IMG/VR virus record: IMGVR_UViG_3300037189_011323
Span: 1-64,000 of that record
Source of the DNA: an uncultured virus (IMG/VR IMGVR_UViG_3300037189_011323)
Taxonomy: Duplodnaviria; Heunggongvirae; Uroviricota; Caudoviricetes
Reading direction: 5' to 3' (one strand)
Length of the DNA: 64,000 nucleotides
A program made the translations under genes and the position numbers. Under the pieces are notes generated by a model that worked only from the letters and a program-made list of their open reading frames with translations, had not been told where the DNA came from and searched no databases. This document shows positions 60,129 to 64,000 of this stretch, one piece after another. Each line of letters opens with the position of its first letter. Position 1 is the stretch's first letter.

Positions 60129-61231
60129 ATGTTGTAATGACCCTTCGCAATCCGTTAGACAAAACAGATTTTTTAAATGTTTTTATTGAACCTAATGATA
60201 CCCAACTTGCAAAAGATTGGCAAGCAGCATTGCAGTTTGAGATACAGCGCAACTCTATTTTGGAAAAAAATTATTGTTGGCATGGTTGGCCAAATGGTGC
60301 AAGAAACCTACAATATCTTACTAGCGAATTAAGTCGTCATGCACTTAACATATGGAAGTTTAACGAACTAGGAATCTGGCAAGGTTTAGGACTACCTAAT
60401 ATTAAAATTGAAACTGTTTATACGCCTGAAACAGTTATGCTTCCGCTCACAGATGAACCTGATAGTGGTGGACCAAACCACGATGTTATGAATATAGTGC
60501 ATAATCATTTTGAACATCTGCAAGGAACTGTAGAAAATCTTAGTCCATACTACAAGATTGCACCACCAAATATAAAGTATAGCATAAGACAATTAAACAA
60601 TCTTTGCCATGAGATTGAAACATTATGTTTAAGTTTGCGTAAGCAAAAACACAAACCAGATTGGATTCGTCCTAGCCAGATTACAACCTTTTTAAATGCT
60701 AAAAGATATAATTTAACAGATGAACATCGTAATGGTTTTTTAACAAATGGACATGACCGAAAGTTTGCACATGTTTATATGCATTGGACACAGATTGGCA
60801 AAACATTACTTGAAGTATTTCGTGATGAAGATGCACCACACCTTAATCAAGTAACGTGTGATGCTATAACACATTTACAATATTACAGTGGCGAGTTTGA
60901 TATTGAATGGGGGCGTGATGTTTGTTATGGAAAACATGATTGGCATACACAAGAGATTGATAAGTTCAATGACTGGTTAAAGCGTGAAGGATATGACCCA
61001 AACAATAAATCTTTAAGTCTTGGTTATCTTGAAATTGGTAAGATTGATCTTGAAATGAGTTTTGGAACCACTGACATTTCTACAATATGGGATGTTATGG
61101 GCGACTATCTTGACATATACAGCCTTGAAGTAGATGGAGACCATGCTATCTATGATTATAGTTGGGCTGACGAAAACCATGAACAACGCCAAATTGATTA
61201 TTTGATGCCTGGTTATCGCAGTCATGTTTGA
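60125..61231 (+). CDS. Hypothetical protein of the modification operon
   Basis: 368-aa ORF coupled by ATGA overlap; His-rich motifs (NIVHNHFEHL, LNNLCHEIE). Confidence 0.7.
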   Translation: MNVVMTLRNPLDKTDFLNVFIEPNDTQLAKDWQAALQFEIQRNSILEKNYCWHGWPNGARNLQYLTSELSRHALNIWKFNELGIWQGLGLPNIKIETVYTPETVMLPLTDEPDSGGPNHDVMNIVHNHFEHLQGTVENLSPYYKIAPPNIKYSIRQLNNLCHEIETLCLSLRKQKHKPDWIRPSQITTFLNAKRYNLTDEHRNGFLTNGHDRKFAHVYMHWTQIGKTLLEVFRDEDAPHLNQVTCDAITHLQYYSGEFDIEWGRDVCYGKHDWHTQEIDKFNDWLKREGYDPNNKSLSLGYLEIGKIDLEMSFGTTDISTIWDVMGDYLDIYSLEVDGDHAIYDYSWADENHEQRQIDYLMPGYRSHV

Positions 61232-62759
61232 TATAGTTTGGTATGATTACAGCGATGGTGATATTCAACATTTAATTGCGAAAGCTAAACAAAGTAGCAA
61301 AACAGAATATGTTTGGCTTGCACATCGTCAACTAGATTATGTAAACTTTAATTTTCGTTGGATGCCTAACCGTCATCAACTACAATACAAACACGCTTGG
61401 CCAAGTCATAACAATGCAGAACATTATACTACATGGCTTATACCTGTTTATAATGATAGCGGAATAGTGCATCATGATCAACTCGTACCAACGATTGATA
61501 CAAAATATTATGATACATGTTTGTTGAATACAAATAGTTTTGATAATGCACATACGGTAGATTTTCAAGTTCGTTTAATAACTACCATGCAAACTGCAAT
61601 TGATACCGCAGTTAAAAAATCAACCAAACCTTGGTTGTGGATTATTGCGGATTGTTGTGAGTATGATGGGTTTGATTTTAATTGGTTACCAAATAATCAT
61701 GAGATGAATTATATTCACTGCTGGCCAAGTGGAACATGTGAAAAGGGTGATACATTTTTAATTAATGTTGATGCTTATAAACGAGGTGAACGCAATTATA
61801 ATTTTAATCATGAACCTATCAAACGTAAACGTTGGCCAAGTACAAAGGTTACGCATGATAGTTTGGTACAGGAACTTAATGCAACTCCTAGACTAAATGC
61901 AATTTACACCGTATATTCTTATGTTGGATTTATAGATTATCCAGATGTTTGTCTGTGGGAAAAACGACCTGTGGTTAGTTTAAATCGTAGCAATAGCAGT
62001 TGTCTTGTTCCACGTGATTGTGTTGTAAAAAAAGAAATATACGAATATCCATATCTTATACGTGAAACAAGTTATGGATTTGATCTTGCAATCGATGTTA
62101 TTTTTATTGAGAATGGTGAAAGTTGTGCAAAAGAAAATTATGAAAGATTGAAAAAGTTAGAACCATTGACAAAATACTGTGCTGGTGTAAATGGCAGATT
62201 AGCTGCATATAAAAATGCTGCAAACCAAAGTAACAGTGATTGGTTCATTGCTGTGTTTGCAAAGTGTCATGTGAAAGACAATTTTGACGATTTTGATTGG
62301 CAACCAGATTTTTGGCAAGAACCTAAACATTATATTTTTTATAATCACAATCGTAATAATAATTTGACATATGGACACATGGCACCTATTGCCTACAATA
62401 CAAAACTAATTTTACAAAATACGGGTGGTCTTGATATGACATTGGCGCAAATGCACACCACCGTGCCAATTTGTATAAGTGAAACCTATATTGAAGATGA
62501 TCCATGGTTGACATGGCGAACTGCGTTTCGTGAGGTAATTAAACTACTTCATTATAGTAAGAATAATCCAAGCGTTGAAAATGAATATCGACTATGGTCA
62601 TGGAAAAATATAACAAATGGAAATGATGCTATTTGGCAACAGCGTGGTGTTAAAGATGCAGAAGATTATTATAAAATGTGTGGCGACAATGAAGATGCAC
62701 TAATGTTGACAAGTGAATGGGATTGGTTGCAGGCACATTATTCATCTTTACAAAGATGA
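61224..62759 (+). CDS. Multi-domain glycosyltransferase-like protein
   Basis: Three internal repeats of A..S...W...F.F.W.P. The C-terminal third is homologous to 52735..53673 (DVIFI, GVNG..AA, WRTAFRE). Confidence 0.55.
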   Translation: MFDIVWYDYSDGDIQHLIAKAKQSSKTEYVWLAHRQLDYVNFNFRWMPNRHQLQYKHAWPSHNNAEHYTTWLIPVYNDSGIVHHDQLVPTIDTKYYDTCLLNTNSFDNAHTVDFQVRLITTMQTAIDTAVKKSTKPWLWIIADCCEYDGFDFNWLPNNHEMNYIHCWPSGTCEKGDTFLINVDAYKRGERNYNFNHEPIKRKRWPSTKVTHDSLVQELNATPRLNAIYTVYSYVGFIDYPDVCLWEKRPVVSLNRSNSSCLVPRDCVVKKEIYEYPYLIRETSYGFDLAIDVIFIENGESCAKENYERLKKLEPLTKYCAGVNGRLAAYKNAANQSNSDWFIAVFAKCHVKDNFDDFDWQPDFWQEPKHYIFYNHNRNNNLTYGHMAPIAYNTKLILQNTGGLDMTLAQMHTTVPICISETYIEDDPWLTWRTAFREVIKLLHYSKNNPSVENEYRLWSWKNITNGNDAIWQQRGVKDAEDYYKMCGDNEDALMLTSEWDWLQAHYSSLQR

Positions 62760-63848
62760 AATTACAGTTTGAATAATATAATCAACTTGTTCATCAGTAA
62801 GATGTGTATGACTTGGCAAACTAATTATTTTACCAGATAAAGATTCACTTTTAACACACTGATGTTGATTCCACTGTTTAGCAAATTTTTGAGTATGCAA
62901 TGGATGTTTATAATGACTGCTATAATTTATTTTTGCATTTTTTAAGTAATTGCATGTTTTTTCATAATCGTTGGTTACAATTGGCATAACATACCAATTA
63001 TAGAGATTTTGAAATGCAAATTTTGGAATTTTAATTTGATTGTGATTTGAAAATGCTTCACAATATTTTTTAATTATTTGGACTTTTCTTGTGAAAATTT
63101 TTTCATAATTTTTAATATTTGCTGTAATAAGTGCAGCTTGTATACTTGTTATTCTGGATGTAAATCCAACATTATCAATATTACTATCAAAACCATAAAA
63201 AGATTTACCATTTGAGCAAATTGAATCTAATAATAATGTATCAATTTTGTTAGTGATGATTGCACCACCACCGCCAGCACCCCCAAAATTTTTGTAAGGA
63301 TTAAAACTTATACAAATAGCATCTGCTATAGTTTGATCATAATCTTTTGTTGTTATACTAAAACTCTGTGCAGCATCAATGATAAGTTTTAAATTTCTCT
63401 CGTCACACCATTTCTTTAAATTATAAATGTCACAACCTTGACCATATAAATCAACGACTAAAACAGCACTTACTTCATTAGCATACAAATTATAAACACG
63501 AGTAAGATCATTTAAATCTAACAACCAACTGTCATCAATATCAACAAATGTTGGAATACAATTAGCATTTAAAACAGACTGCGCAGTAGCTGCATATGTC
63601 ATTGTTGGTATTAATATTCTTGAATCTTTTGGAAGATTTAACGATAAGATACCTGCATGTAATGCGGCCGTGCATGTGCTTGTTAATTGCACACTTGCAT
63701 TATTATATAAATTACTAATAAATTTTTTTAATTCAATCTCATGTTGACCACGATAAACTTCACCGTATTCTAAAGTAAATTTTAAATTTTTTAAAATTTC
63801 TTCATTATTGTCTTGATATTGTAAATCCAAATCCGAAAATTTTATCAT
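62748..63848 (-). CDS. DegT/DnrJ/EryC1/StrS PLP-dependent sugar aminotransferase
   Basis: TCTAALH, TYAATA, VDLYGQ, IIDAAQS, SFNPYKNFGGAGGGG (PLP lysine) and ISLPSH. Confidence 0.92.
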   Translation of the reverse strand: MIKFSDLDLQYQDNNEEILKNLKFTLEYGEVYRGQHEIELKKFISNLYNNASVQLTSTCTAALHAGILSLNLPKDSRILIPTMTYAATAQSVLNANCIPTFVDIDDSWLLDLNDLTRVYNLYANEVSAVLVVDLYGQGCDIYNLKKWCDERNLKLIIDAAQSFSITTKDYDQTIADAICISFNPYKNFGGAGGGGAIITNKIDTLLLDSICSNGKSFYGFDSNIDNVGFTSRITSIQAALITANIKNYEKIFTRKVQIIKKYCEAFSNHNQIKIPKFAFQNLYNWYVMPIVTNDYEKTCNYLKNAKINYSSHYKHPLHTQKFAKQWNQHQCVKSESLSGKIISLPSHTHLTDEQVDYIIQTVISSL

Positions 63849-64000
63849 AGTAATATTTTTATACCACTTTCTAAATCAACTTTGGGGGTATAACCAAGAT
63901 ATCTAACAGCAGTGCGTGTATCCATTGCACCACGACGAGGCATGTCCTCTGGTAAATCACGACCACAAATAATTTCACTTTCGCTTTGTGTCAATTCAAC
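63845..64000 (-). CDS. 3' end of a probable NAD-dependent sugar epimerase/dehydratase (partial)
   Basis: Translated by hand: ...MPRRGAMDTRTAVRYLGYTPKVDLESGIKILL*, a typical extended-SDR C-terminus; ATGA overlap with the DegT gene. Confidence 0.65.
   Translation of the reverse strand, partial: VELTQSESEIICGRDLPEDMPRRGAMDTRTAVRYLGYTPKVDLESGIKILL

Noticed and set aside
1..64000. Alternative genetic code (stop-codon reassignment) as seen in some large phages
   Set aside because: Genes up to 14.7 kb are intact under code 11 and coding density is high.

Overview
This window is part of a large T4-superfamily-like myovirus genome (standard genetic code; no tRNA, rRNA or CRISPR seen). From left to right it contains: (1) a minus-strand head module with major capsid (partial), scaffold, prohead protease and portal, followed by a tape-measure-like gene; (2) a divergent gp26-like/tail-chaperone pair that appears joined by a -1 frameshift; (3) a ~450 nt non-coding region densely packed with hairpins, a candidate pseudoknotted ncRNA; (4) an AT-rich accessory operon with a PP-loop enzyme, TctA, a TctC-like protein and a 2OG-Fe(II)-like oxygenase; (5) a resolvase, gp46, gp47 and the gp55 late sigma factor; (6) a plus-strand baseplate and fibre module that includes a 4898-aa protein; (7) a 13-kb block of glycosyltransferase-like genes, five N-terminal-twitch radical SAM paralogues, a DegT aminotransferase and the end of an epimerase. 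Two promoter classes are readable: NTAAATA late promoters ahead of structural genes, and sigma70-type promoters that sit 5-6 nt from ATG (leaderless). All assignments come from motif recognition by eye; no searches were run.
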